Of a DNA stretch of 64,000 bases, positions 9,287 to 19,946 are shown piece after piece (within the stretch, counting starts at the first letter, position 1; each line of letters begins with the position of its first letter). The notes beneath the pieces are model-generated. The model saw only the letters and a list, made by a program, of their open reading frames with translations. It searched no databases and had not been told where the DNA came from. The stretch lies in contig CAYZZF010000001.1 of assembly GCA_964483115.1 (NCBI GenBank), positions 19,907 to 83,906 on the forward strand, given 5' to 3'. Source of the DNA: an uncultured Gammaproteobacteria bacterium (GTDB lineage Bacteria > Patescibacteriota > Microgenomatia > Levybacterales > UBA12049). Both the position numbers and the translations under genes were made by a program.

Positions 9287-11665
9287 ATGTTTTACAAAAA
9301 ACTTAAGGATCTATTCCTTAAGAATAGTTACTGTTTTTTGTTTCTCGTCATTGTCCTTTTTTTCTTCAGACCGGTGTTTATAGGTAAAATTCCTTTTCCA
9401 GGCGATCTTTTGATAAATGAAAACCCATATAAAACATTAGAAAGCTATCCAAATAAAGCCCAAGGAGCGGATGTTATAAAAGAAATATACCCCTGGAGAT
9501 TTTTTTCTATAAATCAAATAAAAAATGGCGATATTCCGTTTTGGAATCCTCATAATTTTTCTGGAAATCCGCAGCTTGCAAATTTTCAAACTGCAATTTT
9601 TTACCCTTTTAATATTTTATATTTCATATTTTCTTTTAATACTGCTTGGACAATTATTATTATGCTTCAGCCATTCTTAGCAGCCATATTTATGTATTTG
9701 TTTTTGTCAAAAGGACTGCTTCTTAAGAAATTCACTTCTTTTATTGGGGGAATTGTTTTTGCTTTTTCATCGTATATGATAGTTTGGCTTGAGTATGGGA
9801 ACATTGGGAGTACTTTATTGTGGCTTCCGCTAGCATTATTATTTACTAAATGGATTTTAGATAAACCATCTATTTTTAATTTTTTGTCATTGACATTTAC
9901 TCTAACTTTCAGCATTCTTGCAGGTTATATACAAGGAGTTTTTTATATTTATGTACTTTGCTTTTTTTACTTTTTATTTTTGTTAGTATTTGAAAGAAAA
10001 AAGAAAATAAAAATACGGAACATATCTATATTTTTAATTAGCATAATATTGCCAATTTTTCTATCGGCGTTCCAGTTTTTACCGACCTACAAATTATTTC
10101 TTAATTCAACAAGAGGAAGTTATTCAATTTCCCAAATATCCAATTTACTTTTACCATCGTTTTATTGGATTACGGCTTTTGCATCTGATTTTTTCGGCAA
10201 CCCAGCAACGCGTAATTATTGGATCAGTGGGACTTATATAGAAAGAGTGATGTATGTTGGTGTACCGATTATTTTTTTTGCTTTCTACGGAGTATCCAAA
10301 TCAAAAATTTTAGAAAAAAGATTTTTTTTAGTCTTGGGCACTTTGTCTTTGATATTAGCAACTAATCTGCCGCTTGTTAAATTTTTCTATCTTATACCTT
10401 TACCTGTAATATCAACCACTGTGCCAACAAGAGAGCTAAGTATTTTTATATTCAGTCTTATCGTCTTATCTTCGATGGGTATAGATTACTGGCTTATTAA
10501 TAAAGAGAATAAGAGCAAAATTTCCATAATTTTTTTGTTAATTTATGTAGCAATTTGGCTTGCAGTAATCATTTTATCCAAGTTAGGACCGGTGAATTAT
10601 CAATATCTGCAAATAACGCGACACAATCTTATTTTACCGAGTTTTTTAGCGATCGCGACGATAATAGTTTTTTACCTTAAAAGAAAAGCAAAAACATTAG
10701 GTTTAATTTTTCTTACTTTAATTGTTATTCTTGATTTGTTATATTTTTTCAATAAAATCACACCATTTTCTCCTACTACTTTTGTTTACCCAAAGACCTC
10801 AGTTGTCTCGTTTTTACAGAAAAATGCTGGGATTAATAGGTTTTGGGGTTATGGATCTGCTTATATTCCCGCTAATTTCCAGACCATTGACGGCACGTAT
10901 TCTCCAGAGGGCAATGATCCATTACATATAGAGTCTTACGGGCAACTTCTTGCTTCATCAGCAAAGGGTACGCTACCAAACGTCTTGCCAAGACCAGATG
11001 CAAATATTGTGCCGGGATTTGGAACTAATGATTTAAAAAATAATTATTACAGACAAAGAATTATTAATCTTTTGGGAGTTAAATATATATTGAATAAAAA
11101 TGATAGTCTTTTGAAAGAATATGTGCCTGACTATGATACCTTTGCGCAAAATTATTATAAGCTAGTTTGGCAGGATTCCCCTTGGCAGATTTATGAAAAT
11201 AAAAATGCTCTTCCAAGGTTTTTTATGACAGGAAGCTATGTTATTATTAAGGATAAAAATTCCGTAATTTCAGCCATTTACAACAAAAATCTTGATTTAC
11301 AAAAAACTTTAATTTTAGAAGAAAAACCATCAATGTCAATAGACGGAGATTCTTTAGGTATCGCAAAACTTTTATCTTATACGCCTAACAAAGTCTCATT
11401 TTCTACAAAAAGTAATGGTAACAGTCTTTTATTTCTATCCGATAATTATTGGGATGAATGGCAGGCACTTATTGACAACAAGCCCGTAAAAACATATATT
11501 GCTGATTATTCTTTTAGAGCAGTTGAGGTGCCTAAAGGCCAGCATACTTTTGTATTTTCTTACAATCCTGCCTCTTTTTTTCTTGGACTTAAAATATCAT
11601 CAATCAGTCTTTTAATTCTAATACTGATACCTTTATGGATAAAAAAATATGGTAAAGAAATATAA
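9287..11665 (+). CDS. YfhO-family GT-C membrane protein
   Basis: PFWNPHNFSGNPQLAN, LLGVKYI, NKNALPR, C-terminal W...D...FRAV..P.G.H domain. Confidence 0.85.
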   Translation: MFYKKLKDLFLKNSYCFLFLVIVLFFFRPVFIGKIPFPGDLLINENPYKTLESYPNKAQGADVIKEIYPWRFFSINQIKNGDIPFWNPHNFSGNPQLANFQTAIFYPFNILYFIFSFNTAWTIIIMLQPFLAAIFMYLFLSKGLLLKKFTSFIGGIVFAFSSYMIVWLEYGNIGSTLLWLPLALLFTKWILDKPSIFNFLSLTFTLTFSILAGYIQGVFYIYVLCFFYFLFLLVFERKKKIKIRNISIFLISIILPIFLSAFQFLPTYKLFLNSTRGSYSISQISNLLLPSFYWITAFASDFFGNPATRNYWISGTYIERVMYVGVPIIFFAFYGVSKSKILEKRFFLVLGTLSLILATNLPLVKFFYLIPLPVISTTVPTRELSIFIFSLIVLSSMGIDYWLINKENKSKISIIFLLIYVAIWLAVIILSKLGPVNYQYLQITRHNLILPSFLAIATIIVFYLKRKAKTLGLIFLTLIVILDLLYFFNKITPFSPTTFVYPKTSVVSFLQKNAGINRFWGYGSAYIPANFQTIDGTYSPEGNDPLHIESYGQLLASSAKGTLPNVLPRPDANIVPGFGTNDLKNNYYRQRIINLLGVKYILNKNDSLLKEYVPDYDTFAQNYYKLVWQDSPWQIYENKNALPRFFMTGSYVIIKDKNSVISAIYNKNLDLQKTLILEEKPSMSIDGDSLGIAKLLSYTPNKVSFSTKSNGNSLLFLSDNYWDEWQALIDNKPVKTYIADYSFRAVEVPKGQHTFVFSYNPASFFLGLKISSISLLILILIPLWIKKYGKEI

Positions 11666-13211
11666 TTTGATATTTATATTACTGGTAATTTTGGCTGCAA
11701 TACCGAGCGTTTTAGCTCTTTTTCATCCCGGGTTTTTCCAAACTGCTGATGGGACGTGGATGATTATTAGATTTTCAGCTTTTCATCAAGCGCTTCGTGA
11801 TGGTCAATTTCCTGTAAGGTTTTTAGGGAGGCTAAACTTCGGATATGGTTACCCAGTTGCGGATTTTTTATATCCGGGGTTTATGTATCTTGCGGAAATT
11901 CCAAAAGTTTTGGGTTTTGGGTTTATCAATTCCATAAAAATCATTTTGGGATTATCTATAATTACGTCAGCTATTTTTGTTTACTTTTGGCTGGCAAAGT
12001 TATTCGATCGTTTATCAAGCCTTCTGGGCGCACTTATATATATTTACGTTCCCTACTATTTATATGATCTTTATAACCGTGGATCAGTTGGAGAAGTTCT
12101 TGCCCTTTCGGTGGTCCCATTTATTCTTTGGCAAATAGAAAGAAAGAGTTTTTTTTGGACAACCGTAGGCTTAGGATTTTTAGTACTTTCGCATAATACT
12201 CTTGCAGTTTTATTTTTACCTCTTATAATATTCTACCTTACTCTTGATGTCTTAAACTCCTCAAATAAACGGGTGCTAATATATCGATATGCTAGTATGT
12301 TGGCGCTGGGTTTGGGATTAGCATCTTTTTTTTGGTTGCCTGCTATTTTTGATTTACAATATACAATTTTTCAAAAAACTCCTATTTCTGATTTTAATAT
12401 GTATTTTGTAGGTATAAATTTAATAGGCTTTTCTACATTATTTATTTTTTTGTTGACTTTTGTACTATTTTTAATCGGGAAAATTAAGTTTTCAAAACAT
12501 CGGTTGACAGTGTTACTGTTTATTATCGGAATTATTTCTGTATTTTTCGCAACTTCGTTAAGTGTTCCATTATGGAAAATTCTTCCAGTTTCTTTTATTC
12601 AGTTTCCTTTTCGGTTTTTATCGATCGCTATATTATGTGCGGCTTTTCTCGTAGCCTTCGCAATTTCGGTTTTACCAAATAGGGCAAAAATCATAATGGT
12701 ATTGCTTATCTTTGTTCTTGCATTTTTATCATCAAAATCTTATTTGATTCCATCCCAATTCTTTGAGAGGGATGATCTTTATTATTCAACTAATGAAGGA
12801 ACAACTACAGTGCAAAATGAATATATGCCAAAATGGGTAAAGAATCAGCCCAATCAACATTTTAAAGAGAAAGTAGAACTAATAGAAGGAAAAGCAAATA
12901 TAAATAATTTAGATTATAATTCTAAACAAGTGGTGTTTGATATTAATTCTTCGGGAAACTCAAAAGTCAGGATAAATACAATTTATTTTCCAGGCTGGAA
13001 GTCCACTATCGATGGAAATCCGTCCAATATTGAATACACCAACGACCGGGGGGTCATAGATCTGTCGGTTCCAAAAGGAGAACACAAAATAAAACTCAAG
13101 TTTTCAGAAACCCCTCTTCGCCTTTTAGCAGATCTTATCTCCTTATTTAGTCTAATAATCTTAATTGGTATTACATTAAAAGCAGTTTATATCCATAGGG
13201 TGTCAAGCTAA
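11649..13211 (+). CDS. GT-C membrane protein (6-PTPS-related/YfhO-like)
   Basis: GQFPVR..GYGYP..FLYP, LSHN, QFPFRFL, YFPGW motifs. Confidence 0.8.
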   Translation: MVKKYNLIFILLVILAAIPSVLALFHPGFFQTADGTWMIIRFSAFHQALRDGQFPVRFLGRLNFGYGYPVADFLYPGFMYLAEIPKVLGFGFINSIKIILGLSIITSAIFVYFWLAKLFDRLSSLLGALIYIYVPYYLYDLYNRGSVGEVLALSVVPFILWQIERKSFFWTTVGLGFLVLSHNTLAVLFLPLIIFYLTLDVLNSSNKRVLIYRYASMLALGLGLASFFWLPAIFDLQYTIFQKTPISDFNMYFVGINLIGFSTLFIFLLTFVLFLIGKIKFSKHRLTVLLFIIGIISVFFATSLSVPLWKILPVSFIQFPFRFLSIAILCAAFLVAFAISVLPNRAKIIMVLLIFVLAFLSSKSYLIPSQFFERDDLYYSTNEGTTTVQNEYMPKWVKNQPNQHFKEKVELIEGKANINNLDYNSKQVVFDINSSGNSKVRINTIYFPGWKSTIDGNPSNIEYTNDRGVIDLSVPKGEHKIKLKFSETPLRLLADLISLFSLIILIGITLKAVYIHRVSS

Positions 13212-13226
13212 TCCACCCTTAGGGTG
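13200..13226. repeat. Palindromic dispersed repeat copy A
   Basis: GTGTCAAGCTAATCCACCCTTAGGGTG; 24/27 identical to 24205-24231. Confidence 0.85.
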
Positions 13227-13331
13227 TCTTGGGGTGCCTTGCGATTACACTTAGCACTTTACAGCTAAACGTTGAGTTAGCTAAAATTCTATTTTATAAC
13301 TAGTTGAATTGTCTATATAATACGAGTTAGT

Positions 13332-15077
13332 ATGAATTTTTTGAAAAAGTATCTAGGACTTCTAGTGGTTATTTTTCTTTCGATACCCTCTATTCTTTCT
13401 CTTTTTCACCCTGGGTTTTTCCCAATGCATGATGATACGCAAGTGGCGAGAGTTTTTGAGATAGGGAAGGCACTAAGAGATGGAATGTTTCCCGTGCGCT
13501 GGGTTGCAGATCTTGGATATGGATATGGTTACCCAATTTTTAATTTTTATGCACCGCTTGCTTATTATTTTGGAGGACTTCTAAGTATTTTAGGGTTTAA
13601 CGCACTTACCTCAACGAAAATTATGATGGGAACAGGAATTCTACTTTCAGGTATTTTTATGTATTTTTTTGCTCAGGAATTGTTTGGGAAGCTTGGAGGA
13701 GTAGTTTCAGGGTTATTTTATGTTTATGCGCCATATCATGCTGTTGATGTTTATGTTAGGGGCGATGTTGCGGAATTCTGGGCATACGCATTTATACCTT
13801 TAATGTTTCTTGGATTCTACAAATTAATCTCAAATCTTCCGCCTCGCAGCCAGACGAGTAAATCTAAAAACTTGAGATGGGTAATTGTTGGAGCGATTGG
13901 ATTTGCGGGAATTGTTCTATCTCATAATTTAACAGCTATGATGATAATACCATTTTTAATAATTATTCTATTATTCTATTGCTTCGTCGCTTTTAGAAAC
14001 AAGAACCTATTTACTATTTACTATTTACTATTTACTATTTTTTTGGGTTTACTTTTGTCTGCCTTTTATTGGTTACCTGCTCTTTTTGAAATGAAATCTA
14101 CAAATGTACTATCTCAAATTGGAGGAGGGGCAAATTTTCGAGATCACTTTGTTTGTTGGCAGCAGCTTTGGAGCTCTCCTTGGGGTTTTGGAGGTTCAAC
14201 CTCAGGGTGTATTGATGGAATATCTTTTATGGTTGGTAAATTATATATACTTATGTCTACAGCCGCAATTGTCTTAGCAACTTCTTTAATAAATAAAAAT
14301 TTAATCAGAAAAAAAGATAATAGCAAGATATTTTTTATTTTATTTTCAATTTTTGGACTGCTCGTTTCAGTATTCTTGACACTTGAAATATCTAAACCTG
14401 TTTGGGAGTTAATTTTCCCTATGGCATTTTTGCAATACCCATGGAGATTTCTTCTATTTACTTCGTTTTTTACTTCAGTTCTTGCCGGAGCGCTTTTCTG
14501 GTTTTTACGAATTTTATTTTATAAGTTTAGGCACTTTAATACTATATATTATTTAAGCGCAGTAATTGTGATCTTAGCTCTTATTTACCTTAACGCAAAA
14601 CTTTTTATACCACAAATAATTATTAACAAAAATAACAATGATTACACAAATAATGTTGCTCTCAAGTGGATCGCCTCAAAAATATCCGATGAGTATATGC
14701 CAAAAAACTTTAATAAACCTAAATCAGAAAACCAGATTGTAAATAACAAAATATTACCCGCAGAATCTAGTGTAAAAATTTTATACGGCGTTCAAGATAC
14801 TAAAAGTTTACAAGCTTTTATCGATGTTCCTAAAGATACAAAAGTTAAGATAAACACCGCCTTTTTTCCCGCATGGACTGCTTTTGTAGATGGTAAAAAA
14901 GCTGAGCTGTATGCAACAAATCAAGGAGTGAACATTTTTATGTCTTCGGGAAAACATACATTTAATATGGAGTTTATAGAAACGCCGATAGAAAAATTGG
15001 CTAATTTTATCTCTCTTACTGGCTTATTTATACTTATTATTGGTATAATTCCTCTAAAGAGAAGCCTATATAAATGA
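13332..15077 (+). CDS. GT-C membrane protein (6-PTPS-related/YfhO-like)
   Basis: HDD, GMFPVRW..GYGYPIFNFY, VRGDVAE, LSHN, QYPWRFL. Confidence 0.8.
   Translation: MNFLKKYLGLLVVIFLSIPSILSLFHPGFFPMHDDTQVARVFEIGKALRDGMFPVRWVADLGYGYGYPIFNFYAPLAYYFGGLLSILGFNALTSTKIMMGTGILLSGIFMYFFAQELFGKLGGVVSGLFYVYAPYHAVDVYVRGDVAEFWAYAFIPLMFLGFYKLISNLPPRSQTSKSKNLRWVIVGAIGFAGIVLSHNLTAMMIIPFLIIILLFYCFVAFRNKNLFTIYYLLFTIFLGLLLSAFYWLPALFEMKSTNVLSQIGGGANFRDHFVCWQQLWSSPWGFGGSTSGCIDGISFMVGKLYILMSTAAIVLATSLINKNLIRKKDNSKIFFILFSIFGLLVSVFLTLEISKPVWELIFPMAFLQYPWRFLLFTSFFTSVLAGALFWFLRILFYKFRHFNTIYYLSAVIVILALIYLNAKLFIPQIIINKNNNDYTNNVALKWIASKISDEYMPKNFNKPKSENQIVNNKILPAESSVKILYGVQDTKSLQAFIDVPKDTKVKINTAFFPAWTAFVDGKKAELYATNQGVNIFMSSGKHTFNMEFIETPIEKLANFISLTGLFILIIGIIPLKRSLYK
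13827..13878 (+). repeat. Heptamer remnant with nested GC-rich element
   Basis: ATCTCAAATCTT-CCGCCTCGCAGCCAGACGAGT-AAATCTAAAAAC-TTGAGAT; ends are reverse complements. Confidence 0.65.
14007..14040 (+). repeat. Heptamer array (CTATTTA)x4+CTATTT
   Basis: Read directly; encodes LFTIYYLLFTI. Confidence 0.95.
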
Positions 15078-15811
15078 AAGATAAGACTTTAGAAATAACA
15101 CTCCCTGTTTACAACGAAGAAAAAGAATTAGAAAAAAATATTTTAATTCTTTATAAATTTTGTACCGATTCGCTAAAAAGTTATGACTGGAATATAACCG
15201 TAGTGGACAATGCCTCAAATGATAAAACTTCTGTTGTTGGCGCTAAGCTAGCAAAAGAAAAAGAAAGGATTGAATATTTAAGACTTGATCATAAAGGAAG
15301 AGGTAGAGCTGTTAAAAGGGCATGGAGCCAGTCAGGTAAAGACTTCTGTTTTTATATGGATTTGGATCTTTCAACAAATCTTGTCCACCTGCCTAGAATT
15401 CTGAAAGCCTTAGAAAACGGTTTTGATATCGGAGTAGGTTCAAGACTTGCAAAGGGCGCAAAAGTTGAAGGAAGAACAATAGTTCGTGAGTTTATCTCAA
15501 GAGTTTTAAACTTCTTTTTTATTCGTTTTCTCTTCGGGACCCATTTTACCGATGCTCAATGCGGTTTTAAAGGAGTAACAAGAAAAGTTGTGGTTGAGCT
15601 AATTCCAAAAATTCAGGACAGTGGCTGGTTTTTTGATGGAGAGCTTCTAATTGTTGCCGAAAAAAGTGGTTATAAGATTTATGAAGAGCCTATTCATTGG
15701 ATTGATAATCCTGGTTCCACAGTCAGGCTTTATTCTACAATATTTGGAGACATCAAGGCTATTTTAAGACTGCTTTTGACAAAACCTTGGGTGCAAAAGC
15801 ACAAAATCTAA
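15074..15811 (+). CDS. GT2, polyprenyl-phosphate glycosyltransferase-like
   Basis: LPVYNEE, VDNASND, YMDLDL, DAQCGFK, WFFDGELL. Confidence 0.9.
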   Translation: MKDKTLEITLPVYNEEKELEKNILILYKFCTDSLKSYDWNITVVDNASNDKTSVVGAKLAKEKERIEYLRLDHKGRGRAVKRAWSQSGKDFCFYMDLDLSTNLVHLPRILKALENGFDIGVGSRLAKGAKVEGRTIVREFISRVLNFFFIRFLFGTHFTDAQCGFKGVTRKVVVELIPKIQDSGWFFDGELLIVAEKSGYKIYEEPIHWIDNPGSTVRLYSTIFGDIKAILRLLLTKPWVQKHKI

Positions 15812-15822
15812 GCCCTTTATTT

Positions 15823-17277
15823 ATGGAAGAAATTGATGTCTCACTTATTACAAAAAGATCTATCCGTGGAGTTTTTGCTTTAGTTTATCGTACTTTTACA
15901 ATACAGTTGATAGGGTTTGTTGCAAATTTTTTATTAACTATCTTTTTGTCCCCGTCTATTTTTGGAGTTTTTTTTGTGGTGTCGGCGGCAATCGCTTTTT
16001 TGTCATATTTTTCAGACATCGGACTTGCTGCAGCACTTATTCAGAAAAAAGAGACAATTACACAGGAAGAGCTTCGTACTACATTTACGATTCAGCAGAT
16101 TCTTGTAATAGGAGTTGTTCTGGTTGCACTAGGTCTATCAAAATTTGTAGGTTCTTTTTACCAATTGCACAGTGATGGAGTTTTGCTTTTTCAGGCTCTA
16201 GTTTTTGCTTTTTTCCTTTCGTCTCTTAAAACAATTCCATCAATTATTTTAGAGCGGAATCTTGATTTTCAAAGACTGGTTATCCCACAAGTCGTTGAAA
16301 ATCTTTTTTTTAATGTTGTAGCTGTGGCTCTAGCCATCAAAGGTTTCGGAGTTACAAGTTTTACTTTTGCAGTATTAGCACGAGGGATTTCTGGAGTTAT
16401 TGCAATTTATTTGATAAGTCCATGGAAAATTAGACTTGGCTTCTCCAAAAAATCAGCCTCAAGACTTCTGTCTTTTGGTATTCCTTTTCAAGCGAATAGT
16501 TTTTTGGCTCTTATTAAAGACGACCTTCTTATTGTTTATCTTGGTAAGATTTTGCCGATTGCTCAAGTTGGTTATATAGGCTTTGCTCAGAAATGGGCTT
16601 TTACGCCTCTTAGACTTATAATGGATAATGTTATACGTATCACTTTTCCTTCTTTTTCAAGACTGCAGCAAAATAAAGAGGTTCTTGGTAAAGCTTTGGA
16701 AAAGTCAATATTTGCAGTATGTTTTTTTATTTTTCCTTCTCTTACAGGGCTTGTAATTCTTGCGCCTTATTTTGTAAACCTTATACCAAAATATACTAAA
16801 TGGGAGCCTGCGCTTTTTTCTCTTGCATTTTTTGCTCTCAATGCAGGATTATCTTCTATATCAACTCCACTGACCAATGTCCTTTCAGCAATTGGTAAGA
16901 TTAAGACAACTTTATATCTTATGGTTTTTTGGACAATTCTAACATGGGTATTAACGCCTATTTCCATATTTACATTAGGATTTAACGGCGTTTCTATAGC
17001 ATCTTTTGTTATTGCAACTTCGGTAGTTATTGTAGTTTACTTAGTAAGAAGACATATAGATTTTAATGTCTTAAGTACTGTAAGATATCCACTTTTTTCC
17101 TCAGTTATTATGGGAACCATGCTATATTTTGTAAGCCCATTGGTAATCAAAAATTTACTTACATTAATAGTTATAATTATCTTGGGTGCTATACTATATT
17201 TTGCAGCAGTCTTTATTTTTGCAAGAAAACAAATATTGTCTGATATACGGTTTGTTCGAAAAAATTTAACAGAATAA
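15823..17277 (+). CDS. Wzx/PST-family oligosaccharide flippase
   Basis: Multi-TM; DIGLAAALIQK, FPSFSRLQ; ATG 15823 preferred. Confidence 0.85.
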   Translation: MEEIDVSLITKRSIRGVFALVYRTFTIQLIGFVANFLLTIFLSPSIFGVFFVVSAAIAFLSYFSDIGLAAALIQKKETITQEELRTTFTIQQILVIGVVLVALGLSKFVGSFYQLHSDGVLLFQALVFAFFLSSLKTIPSIILERNLDFQRLVIPQVVENLFFNVVAVALAIKGFGVTSFTFAVLARGISGVIAIYLISPWKIRLGFSKKSASRLLSFGIPFQANSFLALIKDDLLIVYLGKILPIAQVGYIGFAQKWAFTPLRLIMDNVIRITFPSFSRLQQNKEVLGKALEKSIFAVCFFIFPSLTGLVILAPYFVNLIPKYTKWEPALFSLAFFALNAGLSSISTPLTNVLSAIGKIKTTLYLMVFWTILTWVLTPISIFTLGFNGVSIASFVIATSVVIVVYLVRRHIDFNVLSTVRYPLFSSVIMGTMLYFVSPLVIKNLLTLIVIIILGAILYFAAVFIFARKQILSDIRFVRKNLTE

Positions 17278-17280
17278 TTT

Positions 17281-18192
17281 ATGATCAGATTTTCTGTTGT
17301 TATAACTGCATATAATGAGGAAAATAAGATTGAAGAATGTCTTAAATCTGTCGGGTTTGCTGATGAGATAATTTTGATTAACAATTCCTCAACCGATAAA
17401 ACAATTGAAATTGCCAAAAGATACACATCAAATATCTTTACAAAACCAAATTATCCAATGCTAAACATTAACAAGAATTTTGGTTTTTCAAAGGCAAATG
17501 GAGAATGGATTTTAAACTTAGACGCTGATGAGAGAGTCACTCCGGAATTGGAAAAAGAAATTAAATCTGAAATCCAACAGCCAAAGTCCGAAATAAATGG
17601 ATATTGGATTCCAAGAAAAAATATTATTTTTGGCAAGTGGATCAAACATACGGGTTGGTATCCGGACCATCAGCTGAGGCTTTTTAAGAAAGGAAAAGGG
17701 CAGTTCCCCGAGAAGCATATTCATGAAATGATTAAACTTACCGGAAAAACAAACTATCTAAAAAATCCAATACTTCATTATAATTATGAAACTATCGAGC
17801 AGTTTTTAAATAAACTGATTAATATTTATACCCCGAATGAAGCAGAGCAACTGCTTGCGAATGGGTATATTCTTGATCTAAGAGATGCAATAAGATTCCC
17901 GGCACGTGAGTTCGTAAGCCGTTTTTTCGCAAGAGAAGGCTATAAAGATGGGTTTCATGGTTTAATACTATCTCTTCTTATGGCCTTTTATCATTTTGTA
18001 GTCTTTGTCAATATTTGGCAAAAAGAGGGTTTTAAGAGTATTGAGGATAAAGACTTACTGAAAGATATAGAAGATGAATTTAGGAAGACAAATAAAGAAT
18101 TGTTTTTTTGGTTTTCTAAAGAGAAGATGAAGACAGTTAAGAGCCCTTTTAGGAGATTAATTTACCGTGCTATCCAGAAACTTACTTTATGA
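17281..18192 (+). CDS. GT2 (WaaE/KdtX-like family)
   Basis: WILNLDADERV, GWYPD.QLRLF, HIHE. Confidence 0.9.
   Translation: MIRFSVVITAYNEENKIEECLKSVGFADEIILINNSSTDKTIEIAKRYTSNIFTKPNYPMLNINKNFGFSKANGEWILNLDADERVTPELEKEIKSEIQQPKSEINGYWIPRKNIIFGKWIKHTGWYPDHQLRLFKKGKGQFPEKHIHEMIKLTGKTNYLKNPILHYNYETIEQFLNKLINIYTPNEAEQLLANGYILDLRDAIRFPAREFVSRFFAREGYKDGFHGLILSLLMAFYHFVVFVNIWQKEGFKSIEDKDLLKDIEDEFRKTNKELFFWFSKEKMKTVKSPFRRLIYRAIQKLTL
17563..17594 (+). repeat. Degenerate heptamer array AAATCTG/AAATCCA/ACAGCCA/AAGTCCG
   Basis: 7-nt periodicity; encodes KSEIQQPKSEI. Confidence 0.6.
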
Positions 18193-19103
18193 GAAATATT
18201 TTTATTTCTATCGTAAATTTTAATGGTAGAAAAAATACTCTTGAGTGCCTGAATTCTATCAAAAAACTTGCACAAACAAACTTCAAATTGCAGGTTGTCT
18301 TAGTCGATAATGGATCAAGGGAAGCTCTTAAAATCGATGAGACTTATCTAGAAGCTATCCCTTTAAAAATTATTAAAAATAAAGATAACTTAGGTTTTTC
18401 AGGCGGACATAATACAGGAATTAAATACGCCATTTCTCGCAATGCAGATTATATCTTGATTTTAAACAATGATACTGTTGTTGATAAAAATTTAATTTTG
18501 GAGCTTACTAAAACTTTTAATAATAATGACGTTGGAATTGCTGCGCCAAAAATCTATTTTGCCCCTGGATTTGAATTCCATAAGAAAAGATACAAGAAAG
18601 AAGATTTAGGCAAGGTAATTTGGTATGCAGGAGGAGATATGGATTGGAAAAACGTTATTGGCAGACATCGAGGGGTTGACGAGGTGGACTACGGTCAGTA
18701 TGATAAGGCTTTGGAAATAGATTATGCAAGCGGCGCATGCTTTCTTATCAAAAAAAATGTAATAGAGCAGGTTGGTATGCTTGATGAAAAATATTTTCTC
18801 TACTACGAAGATAGCGATCTATCCTGGAGGGTCAAAAAGGCAGGATGTAAAGTTGCCTACGTCCCAACTGCTTTTCTTTGGCACAAAAATGCAGCATCAG
18901 TAGGCGGTTCAGGATCGAGTCTTCAGGATTATTACATAACTCGAAATCGTCTTTTATTTGGTATTAGGTATGCTCCTTTCAAATCAAAACTTGCACTTTT
19001 ACAGGAGAGCTTAAATTTATCAATCAAAGGACGACGGTGGCAAAAAAGAGGAGTTTTGGATTTCTATTTAGGGAAATTTGGGAAAGGGAGTTATTCAATA
19101 TGA
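18189..19103 (+). CDS. GT2 (WbbL/rhamnosyltransferase-like)
   Basis: NLGFSGGHN, LNNDT, SGAC, YYEDSD. Confidence 0.9.
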   Translation: MRNIFISIVNFNGRKNTLECLNSIKKLAQTNFKLQVVLVDNGSREALKIDETYLEAIPLKIIKNKDNLGFSGGHNTGIKYAISRNADYILILNNDTVVDKNLILELTKTFNNNDVGIAAPKIYFAPGFEFHKKRYKKEDLGKVIWYAGGDMDWKNVIGRHRGVDEVDYGQYDKALEIDYASGACFLIKKNVIEQVGMLDEKYFLYYEDSDLSWRVKKAGCKVAYVPTAFLWHKNAASVGGSGSSLQDYYITRNRLLFGIRYAPFKSKLALLQESLNLSIKGRRWQKRGVLDFYLGKFGKGSYSI

Positions 19104-19873
19104 ATAAAATATCAGCTATAGTTATTGCAAAGAATGAAGAGGATATGATTGTAGATTGCCTTGAGTCTCTTACTTTTTGCGATGAAATTATTGTTATCGA
19201 TAACGGTTCAATCGATAGAACAAGAGATATCGCAAAGAAGATTGGTGCGAAAGTTTTTGAATACAAATCAAACGATTTTTCGCAGTTAAGGAATTTTGGA
19301 CTAAGCAAAACAACAGGCAATTGGATTTTATATGTTGATGCAGATGAAAGAATCTCGTCTCCTCTGGCAGACGAGATTCAATTCAAAATTCAAAATTCCC
19401 CCGCCTCTCCAAGCGAAGTGGAGCAGGTAAAATTCAAAATTTATAGATTGAAGAGAAAAAATTTTTACCTTGGGAATAATGAATGGCCTTATATTGAGAG
19501 ACTGGAAAGATTATTCAAAAAGGAAAGTCTTAAAGGCTGGAAAGGAAAATTACATGAAAGTCCTATTGTGGAGGGCAAAATAGGTGAGCTCGACGGATTT
19601 TTACTTCACTATACGCATATGAACCTTGCATCAATAGTAAATAAAACAATCGAATGGTCGAAGATTGAAGCAGAATTAAGGCTTAAAGCAGGGCATCCCA
19701 AAATGACATGGTGGCGTTTTCCGCGTGTTATGCTTTCTGCTTTTTTGGATTCTTATATTAAACAGGGAGGGTGGAGAGTGGGAACAGCAGGACTTATCGA
19801 AAGTATTTACCAGTCATTTAGCATATTTATAACCTACGCAAGACTTTGGGAAATGCAGAATAAGAAAAAGTAG
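19100..19873 (+). CDS. GT2 (WaaE/KdtX-like family)
   Basis: IAKNEE, YVDADER, LHE; ATG 19100 overlaps upstream stop (ATGA). Confidence 0.9.
   Translation: MNKISAIVIAKNEEDMIVDCLESLTFCDEIIVIDNGSIDRTRDIAKKIGAKVFEYKSNDFSQLRNFGLSKTTGNWILYVDADERISSPLADEIQFKIQNSPASPSEVEQVKFKIYRLKRKNFYLGNNEWPYIERLERLFKKESLKGWKGKLHESPIVEGKIGELDGFLLHYTHMNLASIVNKTIEWSKIEAELRLKAGHPKMTWWRFPRVMLSAFLDSYIKQGGWRVGTAGLIESIYQSFSIFITYARLWEMQNKKK
19376..19441 (+). repeat. ATTCAAA heptamer array interrupted by GC-rich palindrome
   Basis: ATTCAAAATTCAAAATT-CCCCCGCCTCTCCAAGCGAAGTGGAGCAGGT-AAAATTCAAAATT. Confidence 0.85.
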
Positions 19874-19946
19874 ACTAAATCACTAGAAGATAATAAAAAT
19901 AAAAATATTTGTAAGCCCATTAATTCCGCAGTATAATTCAAAATAA

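Noticed and set aside
19350-19379. 11-bp inverted repeat GAATCTCGTCT/AGACGAGATTC next to an array
   Set aside because: It lies in conserved coding sequence (ERISSPLADEI) and no second copy was seen; may be chance
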